From: Acidobacteriota bacterium
GTDB taxonomy: Bacteria; Acidobacteriota; UBA6911
Direction of reading: 5' to 3'
Assembly: GCA_963664705.1 (NCBI GenBank)
Contig: OY761556.1
Coordinates: forward strand, 2,944,001-3,008,000
DNA length: 64,000 bases
In this document: positions 9,618 through 18,867 of the stretch, piece by piece
Numbering within the stretch: the stretch's first letter is position 1
Layout: every line of letters begins with the position of its first letter
The notes under the pieces: model-generated
Told to the model about the DNA's origin: nothing
Database searches by the model: none
The model's input: only the letters and a program-made list of their open reading frames with translations
Position numbers and translations under genes: made by a program

Positions 9618-10127
9618 CTAGATCTTCCGGCTGTCATAAGCCCAATTCAACAGGGCCTGCCTCTGCCTCGGCCGGCAACACAAATCTCCCGGCCTGCAGT
9701 TCTTCACGAGCTGCGCAATGTGGCGGCGGATCGCTTTCCATCGCCTGATCTGCCGCTCGTCATCGGGACATCGTCGCCCCATGAAATACCGGCAGTACCA
9801 TTGAAACCACCCGCGAGGATCTTCGTGATAGATCCATCCCTTCTTGCGCCAGATTGCCAGCGATTGGGATGCATTGACTCCGTAGTAATTCATCTTCGGA
9901 TCGTGCCGCTCGGGACAGAGCCTGGCATGGGTAAACCAGTCCCGGGGAAACTCGCCGCGGCAATCGGTCATATACCTGCCGCCAAAAACTCCCATTCCCA
10001 GCATTTCCTTTGGCGTCAACTCAGGTAGAAATTCGGGATGAAAATTCCGGCCGACCGGTTCGACCCGGTAATATACGTAATTTTTCTGCATTCTATCGTT
10101 AACGACCACTTGTCGAGTGTTCTTCAT
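9618..10127 (-). CDS. Conserved hypothetical protein (DPRGWFQWYCRY type)
   Basis: Protein-like ORF with LTPKEML..GVFGG, NYYGVNASQ, WFQWYCRY and QRQALLNWAYD; function not recognised. Confidence 0.75.
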   Translation of the reverse strand: MKNTRQVVVNDRMQKNYVYYRVEPVGRNFHPEFLPELTPKEMLGMGVFGGRYMTDCRGEFPRDWFTHARLCPERHDPKMNYYGVNASQSLAIWRKKGWIYHEDPRGWFQWYCRYFMGRRCPDDERQIRRWKAIRRHIAQLVKNCRPGDLCCRPRQRQALLNWAYDSRKI

Positions 10128-10166
10128 CTCGGAGCCTGAATTCAGGGGATACAGGATCGTCCCGCA

Positions 10167-11507
10167 TTAGTCGCCAATGCAGAATAGCGTTCCGTCACTT
10201 CTCATAAAAATGTTTCTGTTCGATATCGCCGGAGATGCAAGGATGCGCTCATCCAGTTCATTTTTTGCCAGGATTTCCGCGGTGCGGCCCGCGCGCAGGA
10301 CATAGGTTTCGCCGGTCTCACTTACCATGTATACCTTCCCGTCTCCGGCCACCGGCGATGCAAAAAAGATCCCGCCAAGGCGCTGCTTCCATATCGTTTT
10401 CCCATTCGAAGCGTCGGCGCACGTAACAATCCCCACCTCGCTGGTCACATAAACCAGCCCATCATAATACAGAATCGATGGCACATAGGACGCACCGTTG
10501 GGAACGCGCCATAGGATATTGGATTCGGAAACATCTCCGCTTCCACCTGGACGTAACGCCAGGAAATCGCTATTGCGGTACCCGCGGCTGATATAGATGA
10601 TTCCGTCATGAAAAACCGGAGTCGGAATGGGAGTCTGGCGCTGCGTCCCAGCATGCCACAGGAACCGGCCCGTCGCGGGATCGTAGGCATCGATGCGTTC
10701 GCTGGAGTTGATGATCATCTCATCCCTTTCCGGCCCCCGGACAATTAAGGGAGTGCTGTGGGAAATGCGCCCTTTTCCCCGATCCACCTTCCAGCGTTCC
10801 TTGCCCGTGGCTTTATCCAGGGCAAGCAGGTAGGAATTCTCCGAGTGGTCACACAGCAGAATGATCTCATTTTTATAGAGAGCCGGCGATCCGCCATGCC
10901 CCCAGGGAGTGAGAAAACTCCCATATTCCAGGCCAAGGTGGCGAGTCCAGACCAGCCGGCCCTCCATATCCAGCATAAAAAGTTGACCGTTTCCAAACCA
11001 GGCGAAAACATGATTCCCATCAGTAACAGGGGTTGGCGTCGCGAGATTGTGCTTTTCATGAAGCTGTGGAAAATTGCCGGTCGCCTTACTGCTGAACTTC
11101 CACAGACGAGTCCCATCCGATCGACGGAAAGCTTCAACAATCAGGGTCACGTCCCTCTTTAAATCCTTTGCCTGGTTCTGGCGTCCGCCGATCGGATTTT
11201 CGTGTCTGGACAGGTCGTCGTCATCGCGCGCAAGCAGCGGCTGAACGCCCTGCACAACCGGAACGATTCCTTCCTGGGAGGTCACGAATACGCGGTCTCC
11301 CGAAACGATTGGCGAGGAGGCCCCAAGCCCCGTGAGCGCAGCCTTCCACTTCACATGAGCACCCGCACTCCAGCGAACCGGCAGATCGGATTCATCGGAA
11401 ATGCCGTTGCTCGAAGGACCGCGCCACTGTGGCCAGTCGCCGGCATATGCGGCCGGAGTCACAAGAAAAACAAAAATAATGATGCGAGGGAGTATTGAGG
11501 GAATCAT
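10167..11507 (-). CDS. PQQ-binding-like beta-propeller (BamB-like) exported protein
   Basis: Signal peptide, DWPQWRGP, and repeated ALDKATGKERW-type blades. Confidence 0.88.
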   Translation of the reverse strand: MIPSILPRIIIFVFLVTPAAYAGDWPQWRGPSSNGISDESDLPVRWSAGAHVKWKAALTGLGASSPIVSGDRVFVTSQEGIVPVVQGVQPLLARDDDDLSRHENPIGGRQNQAKDLKRDVTLIVEAFRRSDGTRLWKFSSKATGNFPQLHEKHNLATPTPVTDGNHVFAWFGNGQLFMLDMEGRLVWTRHLGLEYGSFLTPWGHGGSPALYKNEIILLCDHSENSYLLALDKATGKERWKVDRGKGRISHSTPLIVRGPERDEMIINSSERIDAYDPATGRFLWHAGTQRQTPIPTPVFHDGIIYISRGYRNSDFLALRPGGSGDVSESNILWRVPNGASYVPSILYYDGLVYVTSEVGIVTCADASNGKTIWKQRLGGIFFASPVAGDGKVYMVSETGETYVLRAGRTAEILAKNELDERILASPAISNRNIFMRSDGTLFCIGD

Positions 11508-11613
11508 GCCGGAAGAATGGCAGGACCTTAAAATTCAGTCAACAGAATAACACCGCCGTTGTCGCCGTCCGGCTTAATGGGAATTGTGCGCTCGGAACGC
11601 AGCCGTCACGGTG

Positions 11614-12207
11614 TCAATCCGGCGTTTTCAGCAACGAGGTCTTGGTAACACGGATGGCTTGATAGCGGTGCAAGGCTTCCAGCAGGCCGTCGACTCTTTT
11701 GTTGACAAGAATCTGTGACTGGTGCTCTTCCTGAAGAAATTTCTCAGCCACGGCATGTTGAAAAAACCGGCAAACCAGATCGAAATATCCGCAGACATTC
11801 AGCAATCCCATGGGCTTTGTATGAATCCCAAGCTGCGACCATGTGGCGATTTCAAAAAACTCCTCCATCGTGCCCAGTCCTCCAGGCATCGCGATGAAAG
11901 CATCCGAAAGATCCGCCATCAGTGCCTTGCGCTCATGCATGCTTTCCACTACGCGGAGTTCCGATAGACCCGGATGCGCCAGCTCGAGCTGTTCCAGTTG
12001 ACGGGGGATCACTCCAATCACTTCCCCGCCGGCCTGTAGAGCCGCATCGGCCAGTTCGCCCATCAAACCACGTTTCCCGCCCCCATAAATCAAGCCAATA
12101 CCGCCTCCGGCGAGCAGGCGTCCCATCTCCCGCGCCGAGTCTCGATATTCAGTCCGCATCCCCGCACTGGAACCGCAAAAAACACAAATTCTGTTTAACT
12201 TGCTCAT
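11614..12207 (-). CDS. LOG-family (TIGR00730) nucleotide phosphoribohydrolase
   Basis: ICVFCGSS, YGGG..GLMG, MHERK and PGGLGTMEE signature. Confidence 0.93.
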   Translation of the reverse strand: MSKLNRICVFCGSSAGMRTEYRDSAREMGRLLAGGGIGLIYGGGKRGLMGELADAALQAGGEVIGVIPRQLEQLELAHPGLSELRVVESMHERKALMADLSDAFIAMPGGLGTMEEFFEIATWSQLGIHTKPMGLLNVCGYFDLVCRFFQHAVAEKFLQEEHQSQILVNKRVDGLLEALHRYQAIRVTKTSLLKTPD

Positions 12208-12349
12208 CAAAGCTCCGCAAACGGGGATCTTTTCCCTGCTTTTGCCCACCATCCCACGCATATCAGCTCATGGTACCTGGGCACCAAAAATTTTCCAAAC
12301 TTTTGGTGAGCGGAATTCGTCTAAAGCAGCATCAGACAAAGGACGGGAC

Positions 12350-14578
12350 ATGATTCGATTGGCTATCATCTGCATCATAGTAGTTCTCTGCTCACCGCTT
12401 TCCCTTCTTCTCGCAGGACAAACAAAGGAAACACCCAAGCCGGCTGCAGGCAGGGGAATCGCTTTTTCCGAAATGGAACTGCATCGAACCGCAAGAAGCC
12501 CTCGGATTGATGGCAAGCTGGACGATCCGGCATGGCAGGAGGCTCCGCTCCCCACAAGCGACTGGTTAAGCTACAACCCGCTATATGGAACGCGGATGGT
12601 GCAGCGCACAAAAGTCTGGGCCACCTACGACGATACCGGTCTTTATTTCGCATTCCATTGCATCGACCCGGAACCGGAAAAGATCAAAACAGCCATCAGC
12701 CGGCGCGACACCATTTTCAATGATGACTGGGTGGGGCTAAGCCTGGATTCGCTCGGAAGCCACCAGAGTTCCTATGAGTTTTTTGTAAACCCCAGCGGAA
12801 TCCAGGCAGATATTTTGAACAGCAGTACGGCCGGAGAAGACACCTCCCCCGACTGGGTCTGGGAAAGTGCTTCGCAGCGAACCAATGACGGATACACTGT
12901 CGAGATCCATGTCCCGTTCAAAACAATCCGTTTCAGAAGCGGCAAAGATGTACGAATGGAAGTTCTGTTCTGGCGCCGCGTCAGCAGGCTGGGCATGTCG
13001 GCTTCCTGGCCGGATATGCCGCCAGGAACATCGATCTTTACGCGGCACGCCCCGCTGATCATGCACGATATAAAGAGGCCACGGACTCTGGAACTGATTC
13101 CCAATCTTACTTATGCAATGACTCAAACGCACACGGAGCCGAATCACTGGGACTCCAAATCGGATCCGGATGGAGGGATCACAGGAAAGTACGGCATTTC
13201 GTCAACCGTCACGCTCGATGGAACCTATCGCCCGGATTTCAGCCAGGTTGAAAGTGACGCATTCCAGGTAGAGGTGAACCAGCGATATCCAATCTTCTAT
13301 AGCGAAAAGCGTCCCTTCTTTATGGAAGGGATGGGCACGTTTGAACTGGCCGGTTCCGGTGGCGACGGCAACATCCTCACCGCCGTTCACACCCGCCGTA
13401 TCATTGACCCGGTGTTCGGAGCCAAACTCACGGGCACAGTGGGAAAGGTCACCTTTGCGGCGCTCTCCTCCTCTGATCGCGCTCCTGGAAACACCGAATC
13501 CACCGATCCCCTGTTCGGCGAACGAGAGTATTTCAATATTGCCAGGGGCCTGTATTCCCTGGGAAAAGGAACCTACATCGGTGGGCTCGTGACCGACACG
13601 GAACTGGCCAGCGGCTACAACCGGGTAGCGGCGGGAGATATCTCGCTGCGTTTCGGAAAAAATCACCAACTGACCGCCACTGCAATAACCACCACTTCCA
13701 GAGATGCCGACGGAAGCAACCGCCACGAGGGAATGGCGGGACAGGCCACCTACTCCTACAGCAGCAAGAAACAGGTGTTCATCAGTCAAACAGAGCATTA
13801 TGACAAGGATTTCCAGATGGATACGGCCTTTTACAACCGGACTGGAATCACATCCAACTGGACCTATTACTCCAGAAACTTTTATCCGGACGAATCGCGC
13901 TATGGCTGGTTCAAAAAAATCGCTCCCTTCGTCTGGGTCCACAACGACCGCGATCGTATCCAGGGTGGGAACGAGCGCTTCATCCTTGGGGGCGTGAGGC
14001 TTAATTTTACCCGCCAGGGTTCTTTCCGCCTGGATTATGGCGGCGGCACTGAAGCCTGGGCCGGAAAACGCTTCGATATCCACCAAACACGCTTCATGGG
14101 CGGCGCCCAAATCCTTCGCTGGCTCAACTTTTTCGGAATTGTCAATTTCGGGAGGTCCATCTATTACGATCCCGAAGAGCCGTTTTCCGGCAACAGCCGG
14201 GCCGTTCACCTTGAATGCAGGATCCAACCCACCAACAACCTGAGGCAGGAAATCAGCTATGATCGTGCCCTCTTCAACAGTGCATCCGACGGACATCGCG
14301 TCTACACCGTCGATATCATCAACACAAAGACAACCTACCAATTCAACAAACACTTGTCGGCCCGCGCCATTGAACGGTATGACAGTTCACGAAAAAACGT
14401 GTTGATGGATTACCTGGTTTCCTATGAGCCGGTGCCTGGCACCGTTGCCTATGCAGGGTATGGCACGCTTTTTGACAAACAGGACTGGGACGGAAATCAC
14501 TTTATCCACGATATTGGCAGGTATCTCAACTCTCAGCGCAGCCTGTTTTTCAAGCTCTCGTATCTCTATCGATTTTGA
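12350..14578 (+). CDS. CBM9-like/DUF5916 outer-membrane protein
   Basis: Signal peptide; PRIDGKLDDPAW; PDFSQVESD and EKRPFFMEG; C-terminal FFKLSYLYRF. Confidence 0.82.
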   Translation: MIRLAIICIIVVLCSPLSLLLAGQTKETPKPAAGRGIAFSEMELHRTARSPRIDGKLDDPAWQEAPLPTSDWLSYNPLYGTRMVQRTKVWATYDDTGLYFAFHCIDPEPEKIKTAISRRDTIFNDDWVGLSLDSLGSHQSSYEFFVNPSGIQADILNSSTAGEDTSPDWVWESASQRTNDGYTVEIHVPFKTIRFRSGKDVRMEVLFWRRVSRLGMSASWPDMPPGTSIFTRHAPLIMHDIKRPRTLELIPNLTYAMTQTHTEPNHWDSKSDPDGGITGKYGISSTVTLDGTYRPDFSQVESDAFQVEVNQRYPIFYSEKRPFFMEGMGTFELAGSGGDGNILTAVHTRRIIDPVFGAKLTGTVGKVTFAALSSSDRAPGNTESTDPLFGEREYFNIARGLYSLGKGTYIGGLVTDTELASGYNRVAAGDISLRFGKNHQLTATAITTTSRDADGSNRHEGMAGQATYSYSSKKQVFISQTEHYDKDFQMDTAFYNRTGITSNWTYYSRNFYPDESRYGWFKKIAPFVWVHNDRDRIQGGNERFILGGVRLNFTRQGSFRLDYGGGTEAWAGKRFDIHQTRFMGGAQILRWLNFFGIVNFGRSIYYDPEEPFSGNSRAVHLECRIQPTNNLRQEISYDRALFNSASDGHRVYTVDIINTKTTYQFNKHLSARAIERYDSSRKNVLMDYLVSYEPVPGTVAYAGYGTLFDKQDWDGNHFIHDIGRYLNSQRSLFFKLSYLYRF

Positions 14579-14587
14579 TCCGGGGAT

Positions 14588-14636
14588 GATTCTGGATTTG
14601 GAATGCCGGATTCCGGATTTCAGATTTCGGATATTT
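14588..14636. repeat. Degenerate heptamer tandem repeat (GATTYCR-like, ~7 units)
   Basis: gattctg gatttgg aatgccg gattccg gatttca gatttcg gatattt directly after a stop codon. Confidence 0.65.
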
Positions 14637-14696
14637 GACGGGAACGATTTTCGATATCACTTCGTATTCCGACCATAGTAAGCTGAGGCAAATACT

Positions 14697-15566
14697 ATGG
14701 GAACACTGGACAGAACCTGGAGTCTCTACAAGCAAAGCTTCAATATTTTGAGCGCTGACCCGGAAATCGTCATTTTCCCGGTATTGAGCGCCCTATCGGC
14801 CGTGCTTATTTCCATCGGCTTCTTTTTTCCGCTGTATCAAAACGGCTTGATCCAGCAATTTACCAGCCGCAATCCCGACTGGCAGGTCTACGCCATCCTG
14901 TTCGCGTGGTATTACCTGAACTACCTGGCCATGATCTTTTTCAACAGCGCCTTAGTGGGCTGCGCCAATATCCGTTTATCCGGCGGGGATCCGACGGTGC
15001 GCGATGGCTTGCGCATAGCAATCCAGCACATCGGTACCATTGCCTGCTGGGCTTTTGTTGCCGCTACGGTCGGCGTCATCCTCGATTCCCTGAAGAACAA
15101 AAGCAACAAGCTCATTGGCCGACTGGTCGCCGGGGGGCTTGGGCTCGCATGGACTTTGATCACCTATCTGATAGTTCCCGTCCTCATCCTGGAGCACCGT
15201 ACGATTTATGAATCCATGCAACGCTCATCCGAATTGTTTCGCAAACAATGGGGCGAACAGATTGCCGGAAATTTCGGCTTCGGCTTACTGAATCTGCTGC
15301 TGCTTCTCCCCGCCGCCGCGGTTGGCCTGCTCCTGTTCAAGCTGGATCCTGCCCTGGCCGCCATTATGGTTATCTGGTACATCATCATCCTGGCCGCCAT
15401 CAGTTCAGCAGTAAAAGGAGTCTTTACGGTAGTGCTGTATCGATTCGCCAGCACGGGTGAACTCCCGAAAGGGTTCTCGGGACGCGAGATTGATGGAGCG
15501 CTGGGAGTGCAGAGGCAGCCTTCACCCTGGGATATTCCCCCTCTGGCTGGAAGCGACCGGCTCTGA
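14697..15566 (+). CDS. Multi-pass membrane protein (DUF6159-like)
   Basis: About 6 TM helices; FFNSALV, GGDPTVRDGL and RSSELFRKQWGE. Confidence 0.75.
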   Translation: MGTLDRTWSLYKQSFNILSADPEIVIFPVLSALSAVLISIGFFFPLYQNGLIQQFTSRNPDWQVYAILFAWYYLNYLAMIFFNSALVGCANIRLSGGDPTVRDGLRIAIQHIGTIACWAFVAATVGVILDSLKNKSNKLIGRLVAGGLGLAWTLITYLIVPVLILEHRTIYESMQRSSELFRKQWGEQIAGNFGFGLLNLLLLLPAAAVGLLLFKLDPALAAIMVIWYIIILAAISSAVKGVFTVVLYRFASTGELPKGFSGREIDGALGVQRQPSPWDIPPLAGSDRL

Positions 15567-15573
15567 TGGTTGG

Positions 15574-16260
15574 CTATTCGGTTTTCAGCCGATCCTTGAA
15601 GATTTTTTTAAATTTCTCGATTTTGGGAGTAATAACAATCGCACAGTAACTCTTCGAGGTATGGGTATTGTAATAATTCCGGTGGTAGTCTTCCGCAGGC
15701 CAGAATTTTGTAAAGGGAACGATTTCGGTAACGATCGGATTTTTCCAGATCTGCTCCGCTGACAGCTTGCTCTTGTAGGCCTCTGCAATACGCTTCTGCT
15801 CGGGATCATGATAAAAAACCACCGATCTGTACTGGGTTCCGACATCCTCTCCCTGCCGATTCAGCGTTGTGGGATCGTGCGTTTTCCAGAAAACCTCGAG
15901 CAGTTCGTCGTAGGAAACCTTTGAAGGATCATAGGAAACCTGGATCGACTCCGCATGTCCCGTGGTCCCGGTACAAACCTGTTCATAGGTCGGGTGATCG
16001 ACGCGCCCGCCGGAATATCCGGGCTCCACTTTCACCACACCCTCGAGTCTTTGAAAGATTGCCTCTGTGCACCAGAAACAGCCGCCGCCAAACGTTGCCA
16101 ACTTGATTTCGGGCTTACCATCCATAGGCTTTCTTGTGACCCCTTTGGAGCTATTCTGCAGGTTTGCAGAAATGTCTTTCTCACGAGAGGAAATCGAACC
16201 GCCGCATCCGGCGCTCAGGAAAAGAAGCAACCAGACTGCACACGCTGCCGACTTTTTCAT
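15574..16260 (-). CDS. msrA: Peptide methionine sulfoxide reductase A with lipoprotein-like signal
   Basis: GGGCFWC active site, GYSGG, HDPTT.NRQG.D.G.QYRS and AEDYH; N-terminal LFLSAGC lipobox-like. Confidence 0.95.
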   Translation of the reverse strand: MKKSAACAVWLLLFLSAGCGGSISSREKDISANLQNSSKGVTRKPMDGKPEIKLATFGGGCFWCTEAIFQRLEGVVKVEPGYSGGRVDHPTYEQVCTGTTGHAESIQVSYDPSKVSYDELLEVFWKTHDPTTLNRQGEDVGTQYRSVVFYHDPEQKRIAEAYKSKLSAEQIWKNPIVTEIVPFTKFWPAEDYHRNYYNTHTSKSYCAIVITPKIEKFKKIFKDRLKTE

Positions 16261-16523
16261 AACTCTCCCTACAAAACTATACCACCGCACCCGGCAACTG
16301 CCCATCTCGCGGTGTCCCGGCCGGAACCGTCAATGAATCTCTTTCCTATCCTCTTACGTATTATTTAGCTCGGGGGCTCCCCGTCTCCTGCCGATAAACT
16401 CTGCTGGAAAAAGGGAACCTTGTTGTATTCTTAGGCATCAGGCAATGCGGAGCGATTCCACTCGAGCGGGCAGTCTCGCACTGGCTCACCCCGCAACCCG
16501 GACATTAAAAAGGAGCTGTAACC

Positions 16524-17633
16524 ATGGGCATCTGGGATAAGGTACGTGGCGAATTCATTGACATCATTCAATGGATTGACGACTCAAACGACACAATGGT
16601 GTACCGGTTCGAGCGGTACAACAACCAGATCAAGTACGGGGCACAACTGACGGTGCGTGAAGGTCAGGCGGCGGTATTCGTCAATGAAGGCAAAATTGCG
16701 GATATCTTCCAGCCCGGAATGTACACCCTGGAAACCAAAAACCTTCCGGTGCTCTCCACGCTCCAGGGATGGAAATACGGATTCAATAGTCCGTTCATGG
16801 CAGAAGTTTACTTCTGTTCATTGCGTCAGTTTACCGACCTGAAATGGGGCACCATGAATCCGATCATCGTCCGCGATGCAGAATTCGGTCCCACACGTTT
16901 GCGTGCCTTCGGTACCTATGTGATGAAGGTAAACGACCCCGCGGTTCTGATACGACAGATTGTGGGAACGGATGGCCATTTCACGGTCGATGAGGTCGTC
17001 AATCAGCTGCGAAACCTGATTGTTTCGCGCTTTGCCGAAATCGTGGGCCAGAGCAAGATTCCGGTGCTCGATATGGCGGCCAACTACAGCGAATTGGGAG
17101 ACTTTCTCACCAAACGGATTGCTCTCGAATTCCAGACCTACGGCCTTGAACTGACCAAGCTTTTGGTCGAGAACATTTCATTGCCGCCGGCCGTGGAAGA
17201 AGCGCTCGACAAGCGCACGAGCATGGGAGTTGTCGGCAACCTCGCAGCGTTCACACAATTCAACATCGCAAACTCGATACCGGATGCCGCCAAAAATCCG
17301 GGCGGCCTGGCTGCTGCGGGAGCGGGACTGGGCATGGGAATGGCAATGGCTGGGCCGATTGGACAGGCAATGGCCGCCCAGCAACCGTCAGCCGCGGCTG
17401 CGGCCACGCCTCCTCCTATTCCGGGCGCCGTAACCTATTTCGTCGCGATGGACGGGAAACAGACCGGCCCCTTCGACCTGCAGACGCTCACCTCACAGGC
17501 ATCGATGGGCCGCCTCACAAGAGAGACGCTCGTGTGGACGCAGGGAATGGCGCAATGGACGGCTGCAGGGCAAGTCCCTGCGCTGGCCGGGATTTTTGCA
17601 AACGTTCCTCCGCCACTGCCGCCGACTCAATAA
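16524..17633 (+). CDS. SPFH/band-7 (YdjI-like) protein with C-terminal GYF_2/DUF4339 domain
   Basis: LTVREGQAAVFVNEG, LKWGT.NP, ENISLPPAVE; C-terminal QTGPF...TLVWTQGMAQW. Confidence 0.88.
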   Translation: MGIWDKVRGEFIDIIQWIDDSNDTMVYRFERYNNQIKYGAQLTVREGQAAVFVNEGKIADIFQPGMYTLETKNLPVLSTLQGWKYGFNSPFMAEVYFCSLRQFTDLKWGTMNPIIVRDAEFGPTRLRAFGTYVMKVNDPAVLIRQIVGTDGHFTVDEVVNQLRNLIVSRFAEIVGQSKIPVLDMAANYSELGDFLTKRIALEFQTYGLELTKLLVENISLPPAVEEALDKRTSMGVVGNLAAFTQFNIANSIPDAAKNPGGLAAAGAGLGMGMAMAGPIGQAMAAQQPSAAAAATPPPIPGAVTYFVAMDGKQTGPFDLQTLTSQASMGRLTRETLVWTQGMAQWTAAGQVPALAGIFANVPPPLPPTQ

Positions 17634-17639
17634 ATAATC

Positions 17640-17681
17640 GGGGCGCTTCCCCTTCCTTTTCCATCGGGAAGCGCCCCTTTT
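17640..17681 (+). terminator. Intrinsic terminator-like hairpin
   Basis: GGGGCGCTTCCC / GGGAAGCGCCCC 12-bp stem followed by TTTT. Confidence 0.65.
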
Positions 17682-17696
17682 CCCATTTTTCAAATT

Positions 17697-18803
17697 ATGG
17701 AAAACCAAGGAAGCCCGGTTTCTGCGGAACAATATTCATGTGCTCAATGCGGGGCAAAGCTGGATTTCGCCCCGGGCACCACTGCGATGAAATGTCCCTA
17801 TTGCGGCTTTGAATCGCAGATAGCTCCATCGGACGTTCAGGTTACAGAACTCGACTACCGGACCTATCTCGAAAAGTCCGCTGACGAAAAGCAAACCCAG
17901 GAAGCCAAGCGCGTCAAATGCAATCAATGCGGCGCGGAAACGACCATGTCGGCCAATGCCACCGCAGACATGTGCCCCTTCTGCGGAGCCAATCTCGTAT
18001 TTTCCGAAAGCGTAAGCCGCCTCATAAAGCCCGAAGGGCTTCTTCCCTTCAAAGTCTCTCAGCGGGAAGCCTTTGACAAATTCAGACAGTGGATCCAGGG
18101 GCTGTGGTTTGCTCCCGGCGGGCTGAAACAGTATGCCCGCACCGAGGCGAAGCTGGCGGGCGTCTATATCCCGTTCTGGACATATGACAGCGATACCACC
18201 ACCGCTTACCAGGGAGAGCGCGGCGATTACTACTATACCAACGAAACGTACACGACCACGGAGAACGGCCAGACAGTAACCCGCACCCGTCGCGTACGAC
18301 ACACTCGCTGGACACCCACCAGCGGAACCGTCTGGAACAACTTCGACGATATCCTGATATTGGCCGGAAAATCTCTGCCCCGGAAATACGCAGACCGGCT
18401 GGAGCCATGGGATCTGGCCAATATCGTCCCTTATACGGATGAATATCTGAGCGGCTTTCGCGCCGAAAGCTACCAGGTGTCATTGTCCGAAGGATTCGAG
18501 GAAGCGAAAGGAGTCATGGCCTCCGCCATCGATACTTCGATCCGTCAGGATATCGGCGGAGATGAGCAGCAAATCCATTCCAGGCAGACGCAATACGGCA
18601 GCATCACGTTCAAGCATATCCTGCTGCCGGTGTGGTTGACAGCCTACCGGTTCAAGGAAAAGATCTTTCGAATCCTGATCAACGCGCGAACCGGAGAGGT
18701 CCAGGGCGAGCGTCCCTACAGCGCGTGGAAGATTGCGCTCGCAGTCATTGCCGCGCTGATTGCTCTTGGAATTGTGGTGCTGATTGGGGCGTCCCAGAAG
18801 TAA
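17697..18803 (+). CDS. Zinc-ribbon membrane-anchored protein (YdjG-like)
   Basis: Four CxxCG knuckles, GVYIPFW, LLPVW, INARTGEV.G.RP and a C-terminal TM helix; follows a YdjI-like gene. Confidence 0.78.
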   Translation: MENQGSPVSAEQYSCAQCGAKLDFAPGTTAMKCPYCGFESQIAPSDVQVTELDYRTYLEKSADEKQTQEAKRVKCNQCGAETTMSANATADMCPFCGANLVFSESVSRLIKPEGLLPFKVSQREAFDKFRQWIQGLWFAPGGLKQYARTEAKLAGVYIPFWTYDSDTTTAYQGERGDYYYTNETYTTTENGQTVTRTRRVRHTRWTPTSGTVWNNFDDILILAGKSLPRKYADRLEPWDLANIVPYTDEYLSGFRAESYQVSLSEGFEEAKGVMASAIDTSIRQDIGGDEQQIHSRQTQYGSITFKHILLPVWLTAYRFKEKIFRILINARTGEVQGERPYSAWKIALAVIAALIALGIVVLIGASQK

Positions 18804-18815
18804 ATAGCGAAAGCT

Positions 18816-18854
18816 CGCGAAATTCGCGGCAATAGGCACGCCGCGAATTTCGCG
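18816..18854. terminator. Bidirectional terminator-like hairpin
   Basis: Perfect 15-bp inverted repeat CGCGAAATTCGCGGC between convergent genes. Confidence 0.7.
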
Positions 18855-18867
18855 CAGTTTATGGCAG

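Noticed and set aside
13202-14353. Long antisense ORFs (also 2944-3735, 3997-4803, 58348-59508, 60586-61500, 63341-63958)
   Set aside because: They lie opposite well-supported genes, lack motifs, and are expected in GC-rich coding DNA.
16310-16520. Riboswitch or ncRNA between msrA and the SPFH gene
   Set aside because: GC-rich, but no recognisable aptamer consensus or convincing terminator.
17697-18803. Primosomal protein N'/helicase label often given to such proteins
   Set aside because: No Walker A/B or helicase motifs; only zinc knuckles and a TM helix.
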